DNA of 32,000 nt from Pasteurella multocida (GCF_900187275.1 NZ_LT906458.1:780001-812000), one strand, 5' to 3'; counted from the stretch's first letter, positions 1 through 9,051 are shown. Made by a program: numbers and translations. The notes: a model not told the origin generated them from the letters alone.

Positions 1-3000
1 CGCAAATAACTGGCTACCATTGATTGCATCGGTACTCGCTTCTGTCACTAAACCTGCTGCCACATTTTGTACACGACGCTCTTTACCAACGGCACCAACA
101 GTGACCACACCAACTGGCTGCGAACCAGCAAAGGTATAACCTGATTTATTTAACCCATTTGCCATATCAGCATAAGCATTCATACTAGAAGTCGAATTAC
201 CCGTTGTATAAGCAGAATCGGCACCTAAATACACAGAATTTTCTAATGTTGCAGTGACATTATTACCTAAAACAAAATAATTTTTCCCTTTTGTATTTAA
301 GGTGTTATTCGCTCCAATAACCGATGAGTCAGTTAATGTAAATTCTTCTGTTGAATCAGGATCTGGTAATTGAGCTACTTTATTGTTATGTCCGTAAACA
401 AACAAACCACTTAAATCTTTCGCTAGCTTTTTATCACTGCTGATTTTGTTGTCATAACCTGTCACATAAATGTCTTTTAGATCATTGGCTGGTGCAGCGG
501 GTGGTGTACCAGGTACATGAGCCTTCTCTTCAATTGCACCAATAGTGTTCTTGTTACCGACAATACGCGCATTTTCCTTAGCTTTGATTTCATTACTATT
601 ACCGAAAATACCACTTGCATTAGCAGTTAATGTACTGTTGGTATTACCTAAAGAATATGTTCCCTCGCCACTAATTACTGTAGTTTCTTTGTTACCTAAT
701 GCACCAGCGTAACCGATACTACCTGAATTTGCACCAGTGACATTCTGGTGAGTACCAAACGCAATTGAGTTTTCACCAGTGGCATTTGCCTTAGTACCAA
801 TCGCATTAGAAGATACCGCGCCTGAGAAAGCTTCACTACCAAACGCATTACCCGTTAACGAGTTAGCAACCGCACGATCACCAATCGCATTGGCTTTTTC
901 TGCGGAAGAAACTGCTCTATAACCAATCGCGATCGCACGATCTACATTGCCATTTTGAATATCTTTATTCGATGTTGCAGCTAAACTACCAATCGCAAGT
1001 GAATTATTTCCTTCTGAGTTTGCTCCCGCACCAATTGCTAAACCATATTGATAAGGTTGATTTGAAATTGCTGCATTAGTTGCACTACTTTGTGCTTTGC
1101 CATCATCTAACTCTGGACTACCTACATATAAAGTACCAATAGCAATAGAACCTACACCATGCGCACTCGCTTGATTACCTATAGCGACACTACGCTCTTT
1201 TCTTGCAATAACACTCTGTCCAATTGCCATAGATAATTTACCAACAGCTCCATCATTATCATAATTAGATGGACGATCTGTAAGGTCCTTATCATTAACG
1301 CTGAAGTAATGCGTTTTTTCTGTATTAATTGTATCTCTTAATTGATTCAAATTAACTGCATCAGTACCATTGATCGCTGGCGCTACATTAGAAAGACGCG
1401 TATTCTCTTTTAAAGTAATTTTGTGATTTGCACCACTATTTGGATCTGGTGAAACTAAGTCATATTTAACATCTGAAGTAGCAGAACTATGCGCTAAATT
1501 ATTAAATTGCGCTTGTAATTTCGTCGTGACATCTTCAGAAACACGCTTCAGTTGCGCAACGGTTACTGCATCTTGCTCATCTGCACCATCCGCAACATTA
1601 GTTAGGCGACGTAAAATATGTTGATTTGCATTTCCTTCTTGACTACCAACAGACACGACTAAAGAAGAATTTTTACCCGTTAAATAACCTGATTTATTAC
1701 TTGCTTTAGCAAGAGAGTTTGCCCCTAGTGCCACATTATTTGCATCTGATTTTGCGTTAGCACCAATTGCAACAGCTTGTTCACCTTCAGCATCTGCACT
1801 AAAACCAACCGCTGTAGATTTTAATCCTGTTGCTTTTGTATCATAACCTAATGCAGTTGCATCTGATGCACTTAACGATTGTGCTCCAACTGCTGTACCA
1901 CGCTGAATTGGTGTGGCCGTTTTATAGTTATTTGAGGCATTACCAATCGAAACATTATCTCCAACAGTTTCTTTCGAGTTAGCTAAATTCGTCCCTGCAT
2001 AAATACCCAATGCAATATTAGCTTTACCAACCACACCTTTACCAGCTTCAGTACCAATACCGATATTATATTGTCCGATGACGTTCTCACCAGCATTCTC
2101 ACCAATATTGATATGAGAATGTTTTGTTCCTTCTTTATCAGATTCTTGACCTTTACCTGCGTTTAAACCAATCGAAATGGTTTTATTTGGCATTGCTTTT
2201 GCTAATTCACCGATTGCAATACTCTGTGAGCTTAAGGCTTCACTATCTTTACCAATGGCTACTGTTGATGCTGTATGTGATTTCGCATTTAAACCTAAAG
2301 CAACTGAAGCCACGCCTTTTGCTTGAGCTGTTTTACCAAGTGCTACTGCACTCTCTGCAAAGGTTTCCGCCGCATCACCAATAGCAACTGATGAATCAGA
2401 ATCTTTATTCACTCGTGAAGTATTACCCAAAGCAATAGAATTATCACTTGCAATTGCTTGAGCAGAGGTTCCTAATGCAATATTATTTTTAGAAATGATC
2501 TTTTTGACATCTTTATTTGAGGTGATCGCATTTTTACCAATCGCAATACTTGCTTCACCTCGGCTAACCGCTTTATCACCAATCGCGACAGAACTTTCTC
2601 CATCTTTAGGTCCTAGAACATAAGAAGATGCGCCATCATAAACCACATCACCATCTTGTTTAGAACCTACACGAGCATGTTCACCAATCGCGATACCTTT
2701 ATTTGCGGTTTTTACTGCATAAGCTTTTTTACCAATTGCAATAGATTCTGTTGCATTGGCTGTACTGTCATGACCTAAAGCAACTGAATCAGTGGCTGTT
2801 TTGCCTGTTTTCGCTTTTGGACCGATAGCTAAAGAATCTTTTCCTTCTGCAGCCGCATCTTCAAGCTCTGACTTCGCACGGAAATATTTAATCCCTGTAT
2901 ACGTTGTTGTGCCTTCTGGTACACCTAAAGATGTAACAAGGTTGCTGAGTTTAGTTAACTCGGATTTATCTGCTTTAGTGTTTTTTAATGTATTAACTTC

Positions 3001-3558
3001 TGTAGTTAATCCATCAACTACTGATTTATCTGCTTTACTAGTTTTTAATGTATTAATTTCTGATTTATCTGCTTTATTGGTTTTTAGTGTATTAACTTCT
3101 GTACTTAGTCCATCGACTACTGATTTATCTGCCTTATCTGTCTTTAATTCATTAACATCCGTTTGGTTTGCTTTTTGATTCACTGTTTCCGTTAATGTAG
3201 TCACTTTTTCATCTGTTGCAACCGTTTTACCACCAACAGTTAAAGTTGTAGTAGCAATACTCTTGAATGTAGCTGTATCGAAAGTGGCTGCACCTTTAAA
3301 ATTAGAGGTCTGATTTACCGTTAAATTATCTGCAATCACATCTTCCGCAAATACCTGAGCTGGAGAAAGTGTAAGAATAGAAAGTAATGCAATCGCACTT
3401 AATTTGAATGTTGCAGGGATACTGCTATTCAATTCTGATTGTGGATTAGAAGAAATAGCGCTAAAAGACTTTACTTTACCTTTCGAGGTTGCAAGCTCTG
3501 AGACTGCAATAAAAGTATTAGTGACGTGGCTCCATATAACACGGTAAACTTTATTCAT
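1..3558 (-). CDS. Trimeric autotransporter adhesin (YadA/Hia/Hsf-like), N-terminal 1186 codons only; the rest lies beyond the left window edge
   Basis: Absent from the ORF track because it has no stop inside the window. Reverse complement from ATG 3558..3556 (AAGGGG 7 nt upstream) reads MNKVYRVIWSHVTNTFIAVSELATSKGK..., a textbook extended signal peptide region (ESPR), followed by a hydrophobic core and a VFA/EDV cleavage-like site. I hand-translated several blocks in this frame (3558-2881, 1620-1321, 60-1) and found no stops. No stop-bounded minus-strand ORF is listed for 1-3560, which is consistent with one frame open to base 1. The body carries many YadA-head-type repeats (SIAIG, SVAIG, NSIALG, AVALG), head starts such as IKYFRAKS and HYFSVND, and three neck-like motifs: RRLTNVADGADEQDAVTVAQLK (~1530-1608), RLSNVAPAINGTDAVNLNQLR (~1335-1400) and RRVQNVAAGLVTEASTDAINGSQLFA (1-85). 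Confidence 0.9.
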   Translation of the reverse strand, partial: MNKVYRVIWSHVTNTFIAVSELATSKGKVKSFSAISSNPQSELNSSIPATFKLSAIALLSILTLSPAQVFAEDVIADNLTVNQTSNFKGAATFDTATFKSIATTTLTVGGKTVATDEKVTTLTETVNQKANQTDVNELKTDKADKSVVDGLSTEVNTLKTNKADKSEINTLKTSKADKSVVDGLTTEVNTLKNTKADKSELTKLSNLVTSLGVPEGTTTYTGIKYFRAKSELEDAAAEGKDSLAIGPKAKTGKTATDSVALGHDSTANATESIAIGKKAYAVKTANKGIAIGEHARVGSKQDGDVVYDGASSYVLGPKDGESSVAIGDKAVSRGEASIAIGKNAITSNKDVKKIISKNNIALGTSAQAIASDNSIALGNTSRVNKDSDSSVAIGDAAETFAESAVALGKTAQAKGVASVALGLNAKSHTASTVAIGKDSEALSSQSIAIGELAKAMPNKTISIGLNAGKGQESDKEGTKHSHINIGENAGENVIGQYNIGIGTEAGKGVVGKANIALGIYAGTNLANSKETVGDNVSIGNASNNYKTATPIQRGTAVGAQSLSASDATALGYDTKATGLKSTAVGFSADAEGEQAVAIGANAKSDANNVALGANSLAKASNKSGYLTGKNSSLVVSVGSQEGNANQHILRRLTNVADGADEQDAVTVAQLKRVSEDVTTKLQAQFNNLAHSSATSDVKYDLVSPDPNSGANHKITLKENTRLSNVAPAINGTDAVNLNQLRDTINTEKTHYFSVNDKDLTDRPSNYDNDGAVGKLSMAIGQSVIARKERSVAIGNQASAHGVGSIAIGTLYVGSPELDDGKAQSSATNAAISNQPYQYGLAIGAGANSEGNNSLAIGSLAATSNKDIQNGNVDRAIAIGYRAVSSAEKANAIGDRAVANSLTGNAFGSEAFSGAVSSNAIGTKANATGENSIAFGTHQNVTGANSGSIGYAGALGNKETTVISGEGTYSLGNTNSTLTANASGIFGNSNEIKAKENARIVGNKNTIGAIEEKAHVPGTPPAAPANDLKDIYVTGYDNKISSDKKLAKDLSGLFVYGHNNKVAQLPDPDSTEEFTLTDSSVIGANNTLNTKGKNYFVLGNNVTATLENSVYLGADSAYTTGNSTSSMNAYADMANGLNKSGYTFAGSQPVGVVTVGAVGKERRVQNVAAGLVTEASTDAINGSQLFA
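2950..3165 (-). repeat. Imperfect in-frame tandem repeats (60-39-60 nt spacing) inside the adhesin gene
   Basis: GATTTATCTGC recurs on the + strand at 2963, 3023, 3062 and 3122. On the coding strand the block reads NELKTDKADKSVVDGLSTEVNTLKTNKADKSEINTLKTSKADKSVVDGLTTEVNTLKNTKADKSELTKL, i.e. 20-aa and 13-aa coiled-coil-like units. Confidence 0.85.
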
Positions 3559-3913
3559 AAAATTGCCCCTTGCATAATATAAAATGAATAACTGATTCGA
3601 TTTAGTTTAAGTTAAATAAAAGAAAACGAACGCATTAAAAACTGTACATTAATTAAATACATAATCTGTCCATTTACTAACAGTCTGATATTTGAGCATT
3701 AATTTTCAGATAAGTAAATTGAGTGGATATTGTACAAAGAAGGGAATTTTAATAATTAATTGATTTATAAAGAAAAAACAAAATGTAAAACTAAGTAATA
3801 CTTCTTGAAATATCTTTACATAAAAACATACTGGTTTAATCAGTTTTGTTTTTATATTATATTTCAATTAGTTACGTTACTTTACAAAGACTAAGGTTAT
3901 TTATTGTGGATGT

Positions 3914-3955
3914 AAAAAAGCCTTATTGTCAACAATAAGGCTTTTATTTTTTTAT
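3914..3955. terminator. Rho-independent terminator after greA (bidirectional in appearance)
   Basis: Perfect 13-bp stem AAAAGCCTTATTG (3916-3928) / CAATAAGGCTTTT (3933-3945) with a 4-nt loop. T-runs follow on both strands. It lies about 20 nt beyond the greA stop. Confidence 0.8.
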
Positions 3956-3965
3956 CATTTTTTAC

Positions 3966-4442
3966 TTATTTATATTCGACGTCGAGAATTTCAAATTCCA
4001 CTTTGCCGCCTGGCGTTTGAATAACAACAACGTCATCCACCTCTTTGCCAATTAACCCTCGCGCAATCGGTGAGTTAACTGAAATTAGCCCTGCTTTAAT
4101 ATTGGCTTCATCATCGCCTACAATTTGGTACGAGACTTCTTCTTCCGTGTCAATATTCAGTAACAAAATTGTGGCACCAAAAATCACTTTGCCATTATTT
4201 GGGATCTTTGTGACATCAATAATTTGACTATTCGCTAATTTCCCTTCAATTTCTTGGATTCGTCCTTCACAAAATCCTTGCTGTTCACGCGCAGCATGGT
4301 ATTCTGCATTTTCTTTTAGATCGCCATGTTCACGAGCTTCTGCGATAGCATTAATAATTTCTGGGCGACGAGTGTTTTTCAAAAAATCGAGTTCTTGTCT
4401 TAATTGTTCCGCACCACGTATAGTCATTGGAATCTGTTTCAT
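3966..4442 (-). CDS. greA: Transcription elongation factor GreA
   Basis: The track ORF is 3966..4481. I place the start at ATG 4442 ([30 protein letters not shown]...), which is colinear with the E. coli GreA N-terminus as I recall it. The rest ([29 protein letters not shown]...[10 protein letters not shown]) is classic GreA. Confidence 0.95.
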   Translation of the reverse strand: MKQIPMTIRGAEQLRQELDFLKNTRRPEIINAIAEAREHGDLKENAEYHAAREQQGFCEGRIQEIEGKLANSQIIDVTKIPNNGKVIFGATILLLNIDTEEEVSYQIVGDDEANIKAGLISVNSPIARGLIGKEVDDVVVIQTPGGKVEFEILDVEYK

Positions 4443-4608
4443 AATCGTTTTTTCTTCCTTTTTAGATAAAAACAAAACCACAACATTGTAAAAACAATGC
4501 CGTAGTTGAATAAAAAAATAAGTGTTTAACGAGAAAAGGATTTACTCTCGAGGGTTCAAATACTATTATTGTTCGACAATAAAAAAATAGCAACTGCTCG
4601 AGCCAATT

Positions 4609-6072
4609 ATGTATAAAATATCTTCTTTTTTTACTGCCACGCTTTTACGCCTTTTCAAACGAACGATACTTATATGTAGTTTACTCGTCAGTCATTTCAG
4701 TTATGCTGAGATTGATCTTGCTGAAATCAACGCTCATTTACCCGAAGGGACCAGCCTAGGTTTTGTGGCTAAAAACTTAAATCGTAATGAAAAAATTGTA
4801 GCGCACCAAGCCAGTACCTTTATGTTACCCGCCAGTACACAAAAAGTGCTCACCGCCTTAACCGCCAAACTCGTACTAAGTGACCAATTTCAATTTGAAA
4901 CCAGTCTATTAACCAATGGAAAAATAAAAAACAATGAAATGCATGGCGATCTTATCGTACGTTTTACAGGTGACCCCGATCTCACCAGTGGTCAACTTTA
5001 TCAACTTTTCGCCCAATTAAAGAAACAGCGTATCCAAAAAATCAGTGGTGATATTATTTTAGATACCTCAGTATTTAGCAGTCATGATCGTGGTTTAGGC
5101 TGGATCTGGAATGACTTAACCATGTGTTTCAATGCACCACCTGCTGCAGTGAACATTGATAATAACTGTTTTTATGTTGAGTTAGATGCGAATTATGCAC
5201 CGGGTGAGCAAGCGAAGATCCATGTTCCTGCGCAATATCCTGTACAGGTTTTTGGTCAAGTCTATATTTCAACGCCTAAAGAGGCTGGGTATTGCCAACT
5301 TGATGCCACCGTACTTGATAATAATCGTTACCAGTTAAAAGGATGCTTAGCACGCCAAAACAAACCCTTTGGTCTCAGTTTTGCGATCCAAGATCCGAAT
5401 GCCTATGCTGCAACTATTATTCAGCGACACCTTAAAAAACTAGGCATTGCTTTTAATGGTAAAATCAAACAGCCTTATCAGACGCAAAAAGGACAATTAT
5501 TAGCACAGCATCTCTCTAAGCCCTTACCTGATTTAATCAAAAAAATGATGAAAAAATCAGATAATCAAATTGCCGATGCCTTATTCCGTACTATCGCTTA
5601 TCAATATTATCAGCGCCCCGCTTCATTTCCTTTGGCTAGCCAAGCTATGCGACAAATTTTACAAACCAAAGCAGGAATTAAATTTGGTCATGCCATTATT
5701 GCAGATGGCTCCGGCTTATCACGTCATAATTTACTCTCTGCTGACATTTTATTACAAGCATTGGAATACATTGCAAAACATGAAACACAGTTACAGCTCA
5801 TGGATACCTTTCCAATTGCGGCTGTGGATGGCACATTAACCGGGCGAGGTTCTCTCATTCATGAGCCCTTAGCGAAAAATTTAATTGCCAAAACAGGCGC
5901 CCTCAAAGGGGTATATAATCTCGCCGGCTTTATGACCAATAAAAAAGGGGAAAAAGTTGCTTTTGTGCAATTTATTAATGGCTATTCTACTGGCGACTTT
6001 GAGCGTAAAACAAAACGGGCGCCTTTAGTTCAATTTGAAAGCCAAATCTACAATCGCCTTTATGAGCACTAA
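4609..6072 (+). CDS. dacB: D-alanyl-D-alanine carboxypeptidase/endopeptidase, PBP4
   Basis: 487 aa with an N-terminal signal peptide (..SHFSYA/EI). It carries the SxxK active-site motif (PASTQKVLTA), a DGSGLS motif and a KTG box (IAKTGAL). It is divergent from greA, as in E. coli. Confidence 0.9.
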   Translation: MYKISSFFTATLLRLFKRTILICSLLVSHFSYAEIDLAEINAHLPEGTSLGFVAKNLNRNEKIVAHQASTFMLPASTQKVLTALTAKLVLSDQFQFETSLLTNGKIKNNEMHGDLIVRFTGDPDLTSGQLYQLFAQLKKQRIQKISGDIILDTSVFSSHDRGLGWIWNDLTMCFNAPPAAVNIDNNCFYVELDANYAPGEQAKIHVPAQYPVQVFGQVYISTPKEAGYCQLDATVLDNNRYQLKGCLARQNKPFGLSFAIQDPNAYAATIIQRHLKKLGIAFNGKIKQPYQTQKGQLLAQHLSKPLPDLIKKMMKKSDNQIADALFRTIAYQYYQRPASFPLASQAMRQILQTKAGIKFGHAIIADGSGLSRHNLLSADILLQALEYIAKHETQLQLMDTFPIAAVDGTLTGRGSLIHEPLAKNLIAKTGALKGVYNLAGFMTNKKGEKVAFVQFINGYSTGDFERKTKRAPLVQFESQIYNRLYEH

Positions 6073-6228
6073 ATTAAGGCTAAACCATACTGAGGTACTA
6101 CGCCAACTCACAGCCTGTGTGTGAATCGAAAAGAGAACACATCGTCTGCGCGCCTTTCTCCTCGTTGTGTATAGTAAGGCGAAGGGGTCTGCGTTTGTGC
6201 TGAGCCCGATAAAAAATGACAAAATTTG

Positions 6229-6237
6229 ACCGCACTT
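6229..6237 (-). repeat. Uptake signal sequence core (Hin-type USS)
   Basis: Exact ACCGCACTT on the + strand. Confidence 0.8.
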
Positions 6238-6393
6238 TCTGTATGCACTGAAGGCATACATGTAAAATTTGATCTACTGCACAAATTTTAATAATTCAAT
6301 TTCTGACCTTCGCAAAATTTTACTTATTTATAAATAAGTTATTTTATGTCAACAACGCCAGTAAAAAATTTACTACTTGAATTTTATCTACTG

Positions 6394-6440
6394 GCACATT
6401 ATCTTGTATCAAATTTTCAATTCTACACAATATCTTGTGT
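6394..6440 (+). promoter_or_regulatory. Tandem NrdR boxes upstream of nrdA
   Basis: GCACATTATCTTGTAT (6394-6409) and ACACAATATCTTGTGT (6425-6440) match the 16-bp NrdR palindrome acaCwAtATaTwGtgt. The centre-to-centre distance is 31 bp, the usual tandem geometry. A possible sigma70 promoter, TTGAAT (6377-6382)-17 nt-TATCTT (6400-6405), overlaps box 1. Confidence 0.75.
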
Positions 6441-6468
6441 TTTCATCATCTAACAACGGGTCTATAAC

Positions 6469-8739
6469 ATGAACAAAGCATTGATGGTCACAAAACGTGA
6501 CGGACACCTTGAACCAATTGATCTGGATAAAATTCACCGCGTGATTACATGGGCGGCAGAGGGCTTAGATAACGTTTCTGTTTCTCAAGTGGAATTACGT
6601 TCACATATTCAATTCTATGAAGGTATTCGTACATCTGATATCCATGAAACCATCATTAAAGCTGCTGCAGACTTGATCAGTAAAGATAGCCCAGATTATC
6701 AATATCTTGCTGCCCGTTTAGCCGTTTTCCATTTGCGTAAAAAAGCCTATGGTCATTTTGATCCACCCCGTTTATACGATCACGTAAAAAAATTAGTACG
6801 CATGGGAAAATACGATCCCGCCCTTTTAGTCGATTATACCCGTGAAGAATGGGATGAAATGGATTCTTATTTAGATCATTGGCGTGATATGACCTTTTCA
6901 TACGCGGCGGTGAAGCAGTTAGAAGGGAAATACTTAGTACAAAACCGTGTCACCGGTGAGATTTATGAATCCGCACAATTTCTTTATTTACTGGTAGCGG
7001 CGAGCTTATTTTCGAAATACCCCGCTGAAACCCGTTTAAGTTATATTCGTCGTTTCTATGATGCGACCTCAACTTTTAAAATCTCGCTCCCGACCCCTAT
7101 TATGGCAGGGGTACGTACACCAACCCGTCAATTTAGCTCTTGTGTTTTAATTGAATGTGGCGACAGCTTAGACTCAATTAATGCAACCGCCTCTGCTATT
7201 GTGAAATATGTTTCTCAACGCGCGGGGATTGGAGTCAATGCGGGTGCTATTCGTGCCTTAGGCAGTCCAATTCGGGGTGGCGAGGCCTTCCATACTGGTT
7301 GTATCCCGTTCTATAAATATTTCCAAACAGCCGTCAAATCTTGTTCACAAGGTGGGGTGCGTGGTGGTGCTGCCACGGTTTACTACCCGATTTGGCATTT
7401 AGAAGTTGAAAGTTTATTGGTATTAAAAAATAACCGAGGTGTTGAAGATAACCGCGTACGCCACATGGATTACGGGGTGCAACTGAATAAATTAATGTAT
7501 CAACGTTTAATTAAAGGTGGTGATATTACCTTATTTAGCCCGTCTGATGTACCGGGATTGTATGAAGCATTCTTTGCTGATCAAGATAAATTTGAACAAC
7601 TTTATTTGCAATATGAGCAAGATCCAACTATTCGTCAACGCAGCGTAAAAGCCGTTGAGCTGTTCTCATTATTAATGCAAGAACGCGCATCAACAGGACG
7701 AATCTATATTCAAAATGTGGACCACTGTAATACCCACTCCCCGTTTGATCCGAAAGTGGCGCCTGTCCGTCAATCTAACTTATGTTTAGAAATTGCGTTA
7801 CCGACCAAGCCATTACAACATTTCCATGATGAAAAAGGTGAAATTGCGTTATGTACCCTTTCTGCGTTCAATTTGGGTACCCTTGAAAATCTTGATGAAT
7901 TAGAAGGCTTAGCTGATTTAGCAGTACGTGCGTTAGATGCCCTATTAGATTACCAAGACTACCCGGTGATCGCGGCGAAGAAAAGTTCACTTGCGCGTCG
8001 CTCATTAGGCATTGGCGTAATCAACTATGCGTATTATTTAGCGAAGAATGGCGTGCGTTATTCCGACGGCAGTGCCAACGATTTAACCCACCGCACTTTT
8101 GAAGCGATCCAATACTACTTATTGAAAGCATCAATGAACTTAGCCAAAGAAATTGGTCCATGTGAATATTTCAATGAAACCACTTATTCACAAGGAATTT
8201 TACCAATCGATACCTATAAAAAAGACATTGATAACTTGACCAAAGAGCCACTGCACTACGATTGGGAGACCTTACGTAAAGAAATCCAAGAATTTGGTTT
8301 ACGTAACTCTACGTTAACGGCATTAATGCCTTCTGAAACCTCATCACAAATTTCGAATGCAACAAATGGTATTGAACCACCACGTGGCCATGTCAGTGTG
8401 AAAGCCTCAAAAGACGGTATCTTAAAACAAGTGGTGCCGGAATATGAAACCTTAGGTGAAAACTATGAGTTGTTATGGGATCTCCCAAATAATGATGGTT
8501 ATCTGCACTTAGTAGGGATTATGCAAAAATTCGTTGACCAAGCGATTTCGGCAAACACCAACTATGACCCACAGCGTTTTGAAGACGGCAAGGTGCCAAT
8601 GAAACGCCTACTGGGTGATTTATTAACTGCCTATAAATACGGCTTAAAAACCTTGTACTACCAAAATACCCGCGATGGTGCTGAAGATGTGCAAGAAGAC
8701 ATTGATGATGGCTGTTCAGGCGGTGCATGTAAAATCTAA
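6469..8739 (+). CDS. nrdA: Class Ia ribonucleoside-diphosphate reductase, alpha subunit
   Basis: 756 aa with an ATP-cone N-terminus (VTKRDGHLEPIDLDKIHRV), the catalytic region ..SNLCLEI.., and the C-terminal redox tail CSGGACKI. Confidence 0.97.
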   Translation: MNKALMVTKRDGHLEPIDLDKIHRVITWAAEGLDNVSVSQVELRSHIQFYEGIRTSDIHETIIKAAADLISKDSPDYQYLAARLAVFHLRKKAYGHFDPPRLYDHVKKLVRMGKYDPALLVDYTREEWDEMDSYLDHWRDMTFSYAAVKQLEGKYLVQNRVTGEIYESAQFLYLLVAASLFSKYPAETRLSYIRRFYDATSTFKISLPTPIMAGVRTPTRQFSSCVLIECGDSLDSINATASAIVKYVSQRAGIGVNAGAIRALGSPIRGGEAFHTGCIPFYKYFQTAVKSCSQGGVRGGAATVYYPIWHLEVESLLVLKNNRGVEDNRVRHMDYGVQLNKLMYQRLIKGGDITLFSPSDVPGLYEAFFADQDKFEQLYLQYEQDPTIRQRSVKAVELFSLLMQERASTGRIYIQNVDHCNTHSPFDPKVAPVRQSNLCLEIALPTKPLQHFHDEKGEIALCTLSAFNLGTLENLDELEGLADLAVRALDALLDYQDYPVIAAKKSSLARRSLGIGVINYAYYLAKNGVRYSDGSANDLTHRTFEAIQYYLLKASMNLAKEIGPCEYFNETTYSQGILPIDTYKKDIDNLTKEPLHYDWETLRKEIQEFGLRNSTLTALMPSETSSQISNATNGIEPPRGHVSVKASKDGILKQVVPEYETLGENYELLWDLPNNDGYLHLVGIMQKFVDQAISANTNYDPQRFEDGKVPMKRLLGDLLTAYKYGLKTLYYQNTRDGAEDVQEDIDDGCSGGACKI
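8090..8098 (-). repeat. Uptake signal sequence core (Hin-type USS)
   Basis: Exact ACCGCACTT on the + strand, inside nrdA. Confidence 0.8.
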
Positions 8740-8762
8740 TGTGAGTAATCACAACTAACGAG

Positions 8763-8804
8763 AATGCGTTTCATGGTAAAAAGTGAAGCGCATTTTTCGT
8801 TTTC
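8763..8804 (+). terminator. Rho-independent terminator after nrdA
   Basis: 12-bp stem AATGCGTTTCAT / GTGAAGCGCATT (two G-U pairs) followed by TTTTTCGTTTT. Confidence 0.7.
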
Positions 8805-8970
8805 TGACTCTTTTTTTGGGGAGTATTTTGTACTAGCACCGATTTCAAAAATAACTTGTTAAAATTGTTAAAATCATTTTTCAGATATAAAAATCTAAAA
8901 ATAAGAATAGACTAAGTGTTTTGCACTATTAAATTCAACTTTAATCGCCAAAATAAAGTATATCGCCCTA

Positions 8971-8998
8971 TTGACTGCTCTCTAAATTTCATTATATT
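8971..8998 (+). promoter_or_regulatory. Candidate sigma70 promoter for the NSS transporter
   Basis: TTGACT (8971-8976), a 16-nt spacer, then TATATT (8993-8998), about 55 nt upstream of ATG 9052. Confidence 0.4.
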
Positions 8999-9051
8999 TC
9001 TGAACTCTAACATTTTTTTAACCAAAACAAACAAAAACAAAGGTTGCTACT

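Noticed and set aside
2124-3178. Track ORFs 2124..2384 (+) and 2792..3178 (+) inside the first 3.5 kb
   Set aside because: Both are antisense to the adhesin reading frame. They are low-complexity (Leu/Ser/Val-rich mirror images of the repeats) and have no SD, so they are artefacts of the long open frame on the opposite strand.
1-3965. Absence of USS cores in the adhesin gene as evidence of foreign origin
   Set aside because: At the density seen in the rest of the window (about one per 2.4 kb), only 1-2 would be expected here. Zero is not statistically meaningful.
3923-4582. Recurrent TTATTG..CAATAA / ATTG..CAAT palindromes (3923-3938, 4484-4499, 4566-4582) as a shared operator around greA
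   Set aside because: The arms are short and AT-only in an AT-rich genome. One instance is simply the greA terminator stem, and the spacers differ (4, 6 and 5 nt). Chance is the most likely explanation.
6025-6261. 78-aa minus-strand ORF (plus a 52-aa ORF at 6099..6257 in another frame) in the dacB-nrdA spacer
   Set aside because: There is no ribosome-binding site. The ORF overlaps the dacB 3' end and is rich in rare Arg codons (AGG/AGA/CGA). All three minus frames are open simply because the stretch is GC-rich. I treat it as non-coding; see the GC-island finding.
8856-8873. Tandem 9-mer TTGTTAAAA x2 upstream of the transporter, and weak MetJ-box-like AGATATAA/AAATCTAA at ~8883-8898
   Set aside because: There are only two copies of an AT-rich 9-mer. 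The MetJ matches are just 3-4 of 8 positions per box, which is not distinguishable from background.
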